This document shows, one piece after another, positions 50,491-58,917 of a stretch of 64,000 bases of DNA. Source of the stretch: an uncultured Bacteriovoracaceae bacterium. Lineage in GTDB: Bacteria > Bdellovibrionota > Bacteriovoracia > Bacteriovoracales > Bacteriovoracaceae. How positions within the stretch are numbered: the first letter of the stretch is position 1; every line of letters begins with the position of its first letter. The translations under genes were made by a program, and so were the position numbers. The stretch covers positions 32,001 to 96,000 of the forward strand of contig CAXGUD010000009.1 in the NCBI GenBank assembly GCA_964012805.1. Reading direction: 5' to 3'. The notes under the pieces are model-generated. The model was given only the letters and a program-made list of their open reading frames with translations. It did not search any database and was not told the DNA's origin.

Positions 50491-51480
50491 TTAAGGTACA
50501 TCAATTTTATCAAAAACCTTTTGAATAATATCAGTTGAATTCATATCTTGTGCTTCTGCTTCATACGAAATAAGAATTCTATGCCTTAAAACATCTGGTC
50601 CTATTGTCTTAATATCTTGAGGAGTCACATAACCTCTTCCATTGAGGAAGGCTTGGGCTTTTGCTGCTTTAATAAGGTTGATAGAAGCTCTTGGTGACCC
50701 ACCATACTCAATCAAATGTTTCATATCTTTGAGACCAAAAAGCTCTGGGTTTCGTGTGGCAAAAACAAGATTCGCAACATAATCATATAATTTATCGTCA
50801 ACAAATACTTGAGAGACAAGCTGACGAAGCTCAATAATTTTTTCTGGCGTTAATACTTTTGTAATCGTTGGTTGATGAACACCTTCCATTCTTTTCATAA
50901 TTGAAATTTCTTCTTCTTTACTAGGATAATCAACGACAACTTTAAGCATGAAACGGTCTACCTGAGCTTCCGGTAGTGGATAAGTTCCTTCTTGCTCAAC
51001 AGGGTTTTGAGTTGCCATAACAAGGAATGTCTCTGGAAGCTTAAACGTTTCGTCACCTATAGTTACTTGCTTTTCTTGCATTGACTCCAAAAGTGCACTT
51101 TGTACTTTAGCTGGAGCCCTGTTAATTTCATCAGCTAAAACAATATGAGCAAAAAGAGGTCCTTTTTTAACGTGGAAATTCCCCTCCTTAGGAGAATAAA
51201 TTTGGGTTCCTATAAGGTCAGCCGGGAGGAGGTCTGGTGTGAACTGAATCCTGCTAAACTCAGCTTGAATAACCTCGGAAAGAGTTTTAATGGCCGTTGT
51301 TTTAGCGAGACCTGGAACACCTTCAACTAAAATATGTCCATCGGAAAGTAGACCTATAAGTAACTTTTCTGTCATATTTCTTTGGCCTACAAGAACTTTA
51401 CTAACTTCCTCACTGACGGCGGCAACAACGGGAAATTCTCTTTCAATTTTTTGAGTTATCTGTTCTACTGACTCACTCAT
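50491..51480 (-). CDS. moxR: MoxR family AAA+ ATPase
   Basis: EGVPGLAKT, RIQFTPDLLPAD, DEINRAPAKVQSALLE, ATQNPVEQEGTYPLPEAQVDRF. Confidence 0.97.
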   Translation of the reverse strand: MSESVEQITQKIEREFPVVAAVSEEVSKVLVGQRNMTEKLLIGLLSDGHILVEGVPGLAKTTAIKTLSEVIQAEFSRIQFTPDLLPADLIGTQIYSPKEGNFHVKKGPLFAHIVLADEINRAPAKVQSALLESMQEKQVTIGDETFKLPETFLVMATQNPVEQEGTYPLPEAQVDRFMLKVVVDYPSKEEEISIMKRMEGVHQPTITKVLTPEKIIELRQLVSQVFVDDKLYDYVANLVFATRNPELFGLKDMKHLIEYGGSPRASINLIKAAKAQAFLNGRGYVTPQDIKTIGPDVLRHRILISYEAEAQDMNSTDIIQKVFDKIDVP

Positions 51481-51536
51481 TTATGTCCTCCCTCTTAATT
51501 TTTTTATTTTTAACTATGTTTTTATATTTACTAAAA

Positions 51537-52892
51537 TTAAATGATGTCTTCTTTTTTTACCTCATGCTCTAATCTTTTTTCTAAATAGCGGACTTTCATT
51601 TCATCCACGGCTTTCCCTCCTCCATATTTGTGGGTTTCAAGCAACGCGTTCTCTTCTTTCCCATCAAGGCCTTTTTCAATTGATAACTTTCTATTAAGCT
51701 CAATAAGTTTAGAAATATATTCTTTCTGTTTACCTTCCATTTTCATTCTTTGGAGTTCTTCAAAAAGTAGCCCATTAATCCAAGAAAAGTTTTCCTCTCC
51801 TGGATGAAAAGTTTTCTTCCCTTTTCTCTTATGCCTCCAAAATAAAAACAGTACCGCACAAAATAAAAGAAACACAACAAAAGCGAACTCCATCCAACTA
51901 AGTGCTCCCCATCGACTGGCAACACTCAAAGAAATACCCGGATGCCTTGAAAACCTCTCTGCCCCCCCACTTCTTGGACTATAAGAAAGTTCTATTGGTC
52001 CTATTTGATAATTACCCTTTTCTTTTAGTTCAAAGGGGTAGTGATATTCTAAAACCGATTGTCCTTCCCTAATACTTGTCGTGGACGTAACGCCTTTAGA
52101 GTTTAAACCTTTTGGAAACCTTACTGTCGGTACCTTTATCAAGTATCTCCGTGAATTACTTGGCCAGGTAATTGATACCTTTAAAGTATGAACTCCTCCC
52201 ACTTTAAAAATATTATTTTCAGGTTTCAAGGAGCTCACTTTCATAACAGGCGGAAGCAAGTCTTTTGGAAATGAAAAACGCTCTTTATTTCCTCCGACCT
52301 TCTTTCCTCCATTTAACTCTGATAGCGTTTTATATTGTGAGAGTTTTTTTAATTCCTCAAAAACCTCCTGCGTCTCCCAGCTCTTTCCTCCTCTGAAGAC
52401 TCCTGCCAAAAAGCCATCTGGAGAAATTATGTAAACGCTTGGTATAGCGGTAGCTTGATAGATTCGAGAAACTTCTGATTGATCATCATGAAAATTAGGA
52501 AAAGTTATCCCAGTTTCCTTTAGGTACTTTTTAACCAATCTTCTGTTTCCCTGATCAACAGAGACACCAACGACTTGGATATTTGAAGCTTGGAATTCTT
52601 GGGCAGCACTTTCAAGAGTAGGCATCTCCATCCGGCAAGGTCCACACCAAGTTGCCCAAAAATTTAAAAGGACCCACTTACCTCTATAATCACTTAAGCT
52701 TCCTTCAGAACCTTTTATATAAGGGAGTGTAAAGTCTTTGGATTTTATTTGGGTGGGAGTAAATCCTAGCCTTTCTAGAATGTTGTCTTGGGCATTGAGA
52801 AGTTCTGTAAAGGTAGCGGATAATATTAAGCTCAATAATAGGAACTTAAGCTGGTACATACTTACAAGAAACTTTAATTTAGTTTTTAACAT
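51537..52892 (-). CDS. TlpA-family thioredoxin fused to a BatD-like Ig domain and a TM helix
   Basis: LNFWATWCGPCRMEMP; then YHYPFELKEKGNYQIGPIELSY, TM and helical tail. Confidence 0.8.
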   Translation of the reverse strand: MLKTKLKFLVSMYQLKFLLLSLILSATFTELLNAQDNILERLGFTPTQIKSKDFTLPYIKGSEGSLSDYRGKWVLLNFWATWCGPCRMEMPTLESAAQEFQASNIQVVGVSVDQGNRRLVKKYLKETGITFPNFHDDQSEVSRIYQATAIPSVYIISPDGFLAGVFRGGKSWETQEVFEELKKLSQYKTLSELNGGKKVGGNKERFSFPKDLLPPVMKVSSLKPENNIFKVGGVHTLKVSITWPSNSRRYLIKVPTVRFPKGLNSKGVTSTTSIREGQSVLEYHYPFELKEKGNYQIGPIELSYSPRSGGAERFSRHPGISLSVASRWGALSWMEFAFVVFLLFCAVLFLFWRHKRKGKKTFHPGEENFSWINGLLFEELQRMKMEGKQKEYISKLIELNRKLSIEKGLDGKEENALLETHKYGGGKAVDEMKVRYLEKRLEHEVKKEDII

Positions 52893-52982
52893 AAACCCAA
52901 AAACCTTTATTTTGCTTCTATCTCTAAAAGATCAGAGGAGATCTCTTTGGTGCTCTCTGCTTTGATACTCTCTACTTTGATG

Positions 52983-53011
52983 ATTATGCTAAAAGCCCCA
53001 TCTCAAATCAA
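52983..53011 (-). promoter_or_regulatory. Candidate sigma70 promoter for the tlpA-moxR-bat operon
   Basis: TTGATT-N17-CATAAT on the minus strand. Confidence 0.5.
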
Positions 53012-53027
53012 GAAAAAGATGAATAGC

Positions 53028-53831
53028 TTAACTCTTTGCAACTTTTTTAAACACCCTAAAAAGAATGGGAGAAAAATTTCCTACTCCTGGAGGCAGTGCT
53101 TCATTAAAAAACTCTAAAAATAATGTGTTCTTCCCAACCCCTCCTTTAGGTTTTACTGCGCCAGAAAAGATTCGGCTCAAATAAAAATGAGTCGACAAAT
53201 AATTTGAAGGCCAAAGGCCGTCTATTTCTTCAAGGCCTATTCTATCAAGAACAGAACCTAGTTTATCGCTTAAATAGCGGTTGTGTGGAGAAATAGGAAT
53301 TTCCTCCATTAGCATTTCTTTTCTTCCCTTATTAAGTTGCACCCAAGGTGTCCTGAAACTCTCACTCATTAAGTAAAGCCCACCTTCATGAAGCAGATCC
53401 GCAATGTTAAGGAATGCCTGGAACTGCTCTTCCCAACTTAAAAGGTTTATAATGACCCTCTCAGTTATTATGAGGTCAACTTTGTTAGGCCAAAAGTTCT
53501 TTTCTCGGCAATCACCCTTTTTAACAACTGCTCTTTCCAAGCCGCGGTTTTTAGCTATTTCAAAAAGGTGCGGAGAAAACTCGATGCCTCCAAAGGAGGA
53601 CTCAGGGAAAGACTTCTCTAAAACATCTAGCAGGTATCCATTTCCGCACCCGACATCCAAAACTTTCAAAGCTCGCCCATTGAGTTTGCAAAAACGATCT
53701 ATTTCTTGAGAGAAGAATCGAATTTCGTTTTGTCTGATGACTTGATCCTGCATTGTACAATGAGGACCTTCTCCAAAACTTTTGGCCAATTTTTCATAGT
53801 GGTTAAGAATTATCTTATCGCCTTTTCCCAT
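53028..53831 (-). CDS. Class I SAM-dependent methyltransferase
   Basis: VLDVGCGNG, GIEFS, LHEGG. Confidence 0.88.
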   Translation of the reverse strand: MGKGDKIILNHYEKLAKSFGEGPHCTMQDQVIRQNEIRFFSQEIDRFCKLNGRALKVLDVGCGNGYLLDVLEKSFPESSFGGIEFSPHLFEIAKNRGLERAVVKKGDCREKNFWPNKVDLIITERVIINLLSWEEQFQAFLNIADLLHEGGLYLMSESFRTPWVQLNKGRKEMLMEEIPISPHNRYLSDKLGSVLDRIGLEEIDGLWPSNYLSTHFYLSRIFSGAVKPKGGVGKNTLFLEFFNEALPPGVGNFSPILFRVFKKVAKS

Positions 53832-53870
53832 GGGCGCTTTCTATCAATTGGAAAACAAAAAGACAATGCG

Positions 53871-54254
53871 TTACTTTAAAGCATCACCAATTGGTCTAGG
53901 TTTCCTATCCTCATCAATGGCCACATAAGTAAAAATTCCTTCTGTAACTTTAAAACGACGAAAGTTTCGGCTTACCCAAGCTTCAACCTTAACACTTAGA
54001 GATGTATTTCCTGTTTTGATATTTTGAACATAGCAACATAGAATATCTCCAACCAAAACAGGTCTATGAAAAGTCATTCCATCAACTGCTACTGTAACAG
54101 TTCTTCCCCTGGCCAAGGAGCTTGAAAAAACTCCTCCAGCAATATCCATTTGACTAAGGACCCAGCCACCAAAGATATCACCGCTAGGATTTGTATCAGC
54201 TGGCATGGCTTGAGTTCGTATAGATAGTTCACCCTTTGGTTCTTCCTCTGACAT
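53871..54254 (-). CDS. yciA: Acyl-CoA thioesterase (YciA-type hotdog fold)
   Basis: AMPADTNPSGDIFGGWVLSQMDIAG, TVAVDGMTF, FTYVAID. Confidence 0.92.
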   Translation of the reverse strand: MSEEEPKGELSIRTQAMPADTNPSGDIFGGWVLSQMDIAGGVFSSSLARGRTVTVAVDGMTFHRPVLVGDILCCYVQNIKTGNTSLSVKVEAWVSRNFRRFKVTEGIFTYVAIDEDRKPRPIGDALK

Positions 54255-54323
54255 TTAAGACTCCCTGTTTTTGTAAGTGGCTATTTTATTGTCGAAAAGA
54301 AAAAAAGAAAAGAAAGAAGGTGT

Positions 54324-54935
54324 TTATCTTTGACTCAGTAACTTTCCAAAATCCGTTGACTCCTGCTTTCCTAGCAACACTTGTCCATCAAGAGTATAGC
54401 CTGGGGAAACAAAAATTCCGGACTTATTTGCCAAAACTTCATTTTGCCTAAGCTCCTTTTCCAGAAAAGGTGACTTCAACTCAAGCTTAAATTTGGCAAA
54501 ATCCAACCCCAAATCAGTTATAACATTTTTAAGGAAGGCTTCATTTATTTCACCTTTTAGAGTCTGTTCAAAAACTCTTTTGTAAAAAGACTCAGCGAAC
54601 TTTTTATTTTGATTTAAAAGCATGTGATAGTATTTACCGGCAATCCATGAAAATCCTTCATCAGAGAAAGCAAGACTTTTCCTTACAATTCGAACACGAC
54701 TCCCCACTTTTTCTTTAAAAGAGCTGAGAGACTTTGAACTCTGAGCACTAAGAGGGCAAGAAAAGTCAAAGTATTCGGTAAGAGTCAAAGTTTTTCCTTT
54801 CTCAGCTCTTTTAAACCCTTCCTTCGCTTCGGAAAAAGAAAGTCCAAATGTAAACAAGACGGTAAACAACAGAAAAGTAAATGACTTCCCAAAAACACAG
54901 TGAAAGGAATGACTAAACTTTCTTAACCTTGGCAT
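54324..54935 (-). CDS. Exported DsbA/DsbG-like thioredoxin-fold protein with CxxS site
   Basis: EYFDFSCPLS, GIFVSP (cis-Pro loop), signal peptide. Confidence 0.75.
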   Translation of the reverse strand: MPRLRKFSHSFHCVFGKSFTFLLFTVLFTFGLSFSEAKEGFKRAEKGKTLTLTEYFDFSCPLSAQSSKSLSSFKEKVGSRVRIVRKSLAFSDEGFSWIAGKYYHMLLNQNKKFAESFYKRVFEQTLKGEINEAFLKNVITDLGLDFAKFKLELKSPFLEKELRQNEVLANKSGIFVSPGYTLDGQVLLGKQESTDFGKLLSQR

Positions 54936-55037
54936 CAGAATTCCTTTTTTTATAGATTAATTTGTCATAGGGAATAAGAATCATTGTCAGGTATATGCCA
55001 AGATTAAGTTAGACTACACACCAAAATGTCAAAATCT

Positions 55038-55706
55038 TTATATCGGCTTGAGTCTGTAGCCAATACCTCGCATTGTTTCAATCATGTCTTCTGAAATTTT
55101 TTGTCTTAATTGAAGAACATGAGTATCAACCGTCCTCGTCGAAGGATAGTTTTCAAAGCCCCAAACTTTATTCAAAATTTCTTCCCTCGAAAAAACCCTT
55201 CCTGGAGACTCTGCTAGTAATCTTAAAAGATCATATTCCATTTTTGTAAGCTCTAAAGGCTTATCACCAAAAATGACATCACGCTTCTCCAAGTCAATTT
55301 TTAGAGAATGAACTTCAATAACTTTAATTTCTTTTTCAGAAGTCCCTTTATTTTCTCTTAACTGAACCCTGATTCTTGCTATTAGCTCTCTGGGTTCAAA
55401 TGGTTTAGTAATGTAATCATTAGCACCAGACTCCAACCCTAGAACTTTGTCAATGAGTTCTGTTTTTGCAGTAAGCATAATTATCGGCATTTGAGGATGC
55501 TCACTCCTCATCTCTTTTAAAAAATCAATTCCTTGTCCATCGGGAAGCATCCAATCAAGTATAACTAGAGAAAACTCACCATCTTTCAAAGCTCTGGCAT
55601 GTTTTAGGCTTCCGGCCAAAGACACGCTATACCCTTCATCTTCCAGATGTTTTTTGAGTGAAATACCCAAATTTTCATCGTCCTCAACTAGCATCACTCT
55701 CGCCAT
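55038..55706 (-). CDS. OmpR-family response regulator (VxrB/WigR-like)
   Basis: VEDD, LDWMLPDG, KPF, winged helix with TRTVDTHVLQLRQK. Confidence 0.93.
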   Translation of the reverse strand: MARVMLVEDDENLGISLKKHLEDEGYSVSLAGSLKHARALKDGEFSLVILDWMLPDGQGIDFLKEMRSEHPQMPIIMLTAKTELIDKVLGLESGANDYITKPFEPRELIARIRVQLRENKGTSEKEIKVIEVHSLKIDLEKRDVIFGDKPLELTKMEYDLLRLLAESPGRVFSREEILNKVWGFENYPSTRTVDTHVLQLRQKISEDMIETMRGIGYRLKPI

Positions 55707-55741
55707 AATTTTTTCCTTTTTTCATATAAGAATCTAAAAAT

Positions 55742-57340
55742 CTATTTTTTCAATCCTTGCGTTCCCACTTTCTTTACTTTCCATGGAATTGACAACTCAA
55801 ATTTTGTCGGGTTTTTTGAAAAAGCAAGCTTACCACCCATATCCCTTAAAACTTTTTTAACAATATTAAGGCCCAAACCAGTTCCCGAGCTTTTTTCTCC
55901 CTTTACAAATTCAGAAGTAATTTCTTCTAAAGAAGAAAAGGAACATTCGCCACAGTCTTCAATTGAAACTTTCCAAAAATCTTCACTTGCACAAACCTTA
56001 ACGGTGATCGGAGCTCTTCCATGGGCTTTGGCATTTTCCAGGATATTCTTGATGCAAATACTAATCCAATAAGGATCAAAGAAGGCGCCTCTATCATTGT
56101 CCAACCCTTCGAAACGCCCCTTTTCATCTTGAATATAAATATCAATTTGTTCTTTGATGAATTCATTTAAAGAGGGTACGTCGTCCTCCTGTTTTTGCAA
56201 AAGTCCTTCTGGATTTTCCATTTTTAAATAATGCCGACTAGTCTCAGTTAATCTTTGCAATCTAAAAACATCATTACTCAATCTCAAAAAGGACTCTTGA
56301 AGATCCTCATTTAGGGTTAAAATATTTTTTTGGACGCGTTCTACCTGGAGGAGCATACTGGCAATTGGAGTTCTGAATTCATGAGTCAAAACCTGAAGCG
56401 CAAGCCTTTTCCTTTGCTCCTCAGTTCTTTGCTGCCGGATTTTATTGAGAAGAATAAAAATCACGAGAGATATAATAAGTAGAGAACCAAGAAAAAAGTT
56501 AATGGTTGAAAAACTCGTAATTTCCAAAAAATGCCTTACATTATACTCCCAACACAGTTCACCATCTTGAATAAAGCACCTTTTATCCTTACTGTAATTT
56601 TTAACTACGTAGGGAGAATCTTTAATAAAGTTCTCCAAATCCTTTCTTGTGTAAAGGCCATACTCTAGACCCATAACTTTGCCAAAATGTTTAATTTTTG
56701 AAAAAAGATATTTTTTGCTTAATACAAATTCATTTCCTTTTACCAGAGCATCAAGAGAATTATTCGCAAGTTCAGATAAAATTTCAAAAACACCACCTAT
56801 CTCTGATAAATAGGTTTTTAAATGTTTAAACTCAGACACATGAAAATAAAAAAGGTGTTTTTTTACCCATATATCTGAAAAATAAGAAGCCTTTTTAAGC
56901 TTGAAAGCCAAATAGGCATAACTTTTACCACTTGGATGCATAAAAGGCGGGTTTTTAAAGTATTCTTTTGGCAAACGCCTTCGGTCCCCACAACGAAATT
57001 CCTCCCACACCAAAACTTTTTCGTAATTTACAGAATTGAGAATGCTCGAAATATTTGTATAACAATTTTTAGAAGATTCATAAACGTTTAGCTCTTTTAA
57101 CTTCTCTTCCCTATTATAAAAGGGGTTCATTAACTGAAAGTGGTCTCTGGAATAATAAATTGAGTTCAGGTTAACTACCATTCGAGGAACATATTGTTTT
57201 TTAAACTCTTGCTTTACCTTCTCTATTTCAACAAGATCTCTTGGGCGAGACTCATAGGGCCTTTGGAGAAAAAGCGCAAAATAGCCCGTTACAAAGGCCA
57301 TAATGACAGCTGTAAAAATTAAAGTATAATATAGCTTCAT
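55742..57340 (-). CDS. Sensor histidine kinase, VxrA/WigK (DUF3404)-like
   Basis: Periplasmic HPSGKSYA and GELCW motifs, H-box LTHEFRTPIASM, GTGLGLNIV. Confidence 0.85.
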   Translation of the reverse strand: MKLYYTLIFTAVIMAFVTGYFALFLQRPYESRPRDLVEIEKVKQEFKKQYVPRMVVNLNSIYYSRDHFQLMNPFYNREEKLKELNVYESSKNCYTNISSILNSVNYEKVLVWEEFRCGDRRRLPKEYFKNPPFMHPSGKSYAYLAFKLKKASYFSDIWVKKHLFYFHVSEFKHLKTYLSEIGGVFEILSELANNSLDALVKGNEFVLSKKYLFSKIKHFGKVMGLEYGLYTRKDLENFIKDSPYVVKNYSKDKRCFIQDGELCWEYNVRHFLEITSFSTINFFLGSLLIISLVIFILLNKIRQQRTEEQRKRLALQVLTHEFRTPIASMLLQVERVQKNILTLNEDLQESFLRLSNDVFRLQRLTETSRHYLKMENPEGLLQKQEDDVPSLNEFIKEQIDIYIQDEKGRFEGLDNDRGAFFDPYWISICIKNILENAKAHGRAPITVKVCASEDFWKVSIEDCGECSFSSLEEITSEFVKGEKSSGTGLGLNIVKKVLRDMGGKLAFSKNPTKFELSIPWKVKKVGTQGLKK

Positions 57341-57397
57341 ATTCCAATCACTAAATTACTAACAATAGCTCTTATTTCAAATAAAAAACAATTTTTA

Positions 57398-58018
57398 TTA
57401 AACCTGTTTAAAGGTCTTTTCTAACAAATTTTTAAAAGAAGTATAATCTTCGAACACAAAGTCGGCTTTTTCACTCCAACTCTTAATATCATTGTTTCCG
57501 TTATTATATAGAAATGTTCGAACGCCAGCACTAATACCTGTCAAAAGATCATGTAAATGATCGCCAATAAAAATTATATCATCCTTATTCGTTTGAAAAA
57601 ATTCACTTATAACATCTAACCCCATTGGATCGGGCTTAGGCTTTTCAAGGTTATCCCTATGAAGAACCAGGCCAAAACTCAAATTAAACTTTCCAAGGAT
57701 CATTTGGGTGACTTTTTTAGAGTTTCGAGTCAATAAAGCTCTCTTAAAACCCATTTCATCGCAAAAATCTAAAAACTCTATCACCCCTTCATAAAGTATG
57801 GCCCTATTTGCCCCTTCCACTTCAAAATCATCAAGTTGTTGCCATAATTTTTTTTTCTTTTCAGAGTCAGTCACATCATCCAGTGCCTCCAAAACCGAAG
57901 AATCCTCAGCAAAGCCCATTTTTTTTTTAAGTTCCTTAAAATCCAAATAAGACTCAATAAGGGTTCCATCCATATCAAAAACGATAACCTTTGGTTTTTT
58001 AAGGACTTCTGGTTTCAT
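57398..58018 (-). CDS. HAD family hydrolase (phosphoglycolate phosphatase-like)
   Basis: FDMDGTL, LTRN, KPKPDP, IGDHLHD; start at ATG 58018 behind AGGGAG. Confidence 0.9.
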   Translation of the reverse strand: MKPEVLKKPKVIVFDMDGTLIESYLDFKELKKKMGFAEDSSVLEALDDVTDSEKKKKLWQQLDDFEVEGANRAILYEGVIEFLDFCDEMGFKRALLTRNSKKVTQMILGKFNLSFGLVLHRDNLEKPKPDPMGLDVISEFFQTNKDDIIFIGDHLHDLLTGISAGVRTFLYNNGNNDIKSWSEKADFVFEDYTSFKNLLEKTFKQV

Positions 58019-58053
58019 AAATAAACTCCCTTTACTCGATGAATCGTATTTAA

Positions 58054-58081
58054 TTGACGCCAAAAATAATTAGGCTACAAT
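58054..58081 (+). promoter_or_regulatory. Candidate sigma70 promoter directly before ATG 58090
   Basis: TTGACG-N16-TACAAT. Confidence 0.5.
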
Positions 58082-58089
58082 AACTGACT

Positions 58090-58326
58090 ATGGCACTCAA
58101 CATAAAACCCCTCATGCCTCTTGACCATCCCAGGGCTCCAGAAAAAATCAAAAAAGCCATGGTCAAGAAATGCACGCCTCAAACTATTGAGGTTCAGTCA
58201 TACGACTTTAACGAAAAAGCAAAGAGAAATGAAGAACAGTTTGCAAATTCAAAAAAACAGCTTAAAGAAAGAGAAGTTATTGGAAAGAACCGCTTCCTGA
58301 TGCTAAAAAAACTAGATATTATATAA
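58090..58326 (+). CDS. Small basic hypothetical protein
   Basis: 78-aa ORF filling an intergenic gap with an upstream promoter-like motif. Confidence 0.55.
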   Translation: MALNIKPLMPLDHPRAPEKIKKAMVKKCTPQTIEVQSYDFNEKAKRNEEQFANSKKQLKEREVIGKNRFLMLKKLDII

Positions 58327-58401
58327 TACTAATAAAAGCACCCCTATTAGTTTTTCTTAGAAATTTATTTTTTAAAAGATTAAAGCCTACTCTGACCTAA
58401 T

Positions 58402-58779
58402 TTACGATCTTTTCTCTACAATCCTTCTAATTGTTTCTTTCAGCTTATCTTCTTTGAAGGGCTTAAGGAGCCAAGCCATGACAACTCCTACTTTTTTGGC
58501 CTCTAAAATAAGCTTAGGATGGCTTTCAGTAGTACACATAACTGTAGGTATTTGCTTGTATTTTTCATCCTCAGCTTGAACTTTTATAAACTCCATCCCG
58601 TTCATTTCCGGCATATTCACATCGAGTAATATAAGGTCAAACGTATCCTTTTCCTTAAGCTTTTCCAAAGCATCGTAGCCATCAACAGCTTCAACTATAC
58701 TATGGTCAGCAGCGGTTAAGATGTTTCTGAGAGTTGTTCTTACTGATTCCGAGTCGTCAACAACTAAAATATTGGCCAT
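58402..58779 (-). CDS. Single-domain CheY-like response regulator
   Basis: VVDD, LDVNMPEMNG, CTTES, WLLKPF; start at ATG 58779 behind GAGGA. Confidence 0.92.
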   Translation of the reverse strand: MANILVVDDSESVRTTLRNILTAADHSIVEAVDGYDALEKLKEKDTFDLILLDVNMPEMNGMEFIKVQAEDEKYKQIPTVMCTTESHPKLILEAKKVGVVMAWLLKPFKEDKLKETIRRIVEKRS

Positions 58780-58875
58780 AAAATCCTCTACCTTCTTACC
58801 AGACATTAAGTCTTCTTTAGGTCTATCATAACTCGGAAGAGAACTAATTATGGAATGACGGAAAATTATTCCAAG

Positions 58876-58900
58876 AAAAAGGGCCTACAAGGCCCTTTTT
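58876..58900 (-). terminator. Intrinsic terminator after the glutaminase gene
   Basis: AAAAAGGGCCT-loop-AGGCCCTTTTT. Confidence 0.85.
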
Positions 58901-58917
58901 CCAATTTAATTCGTTAC

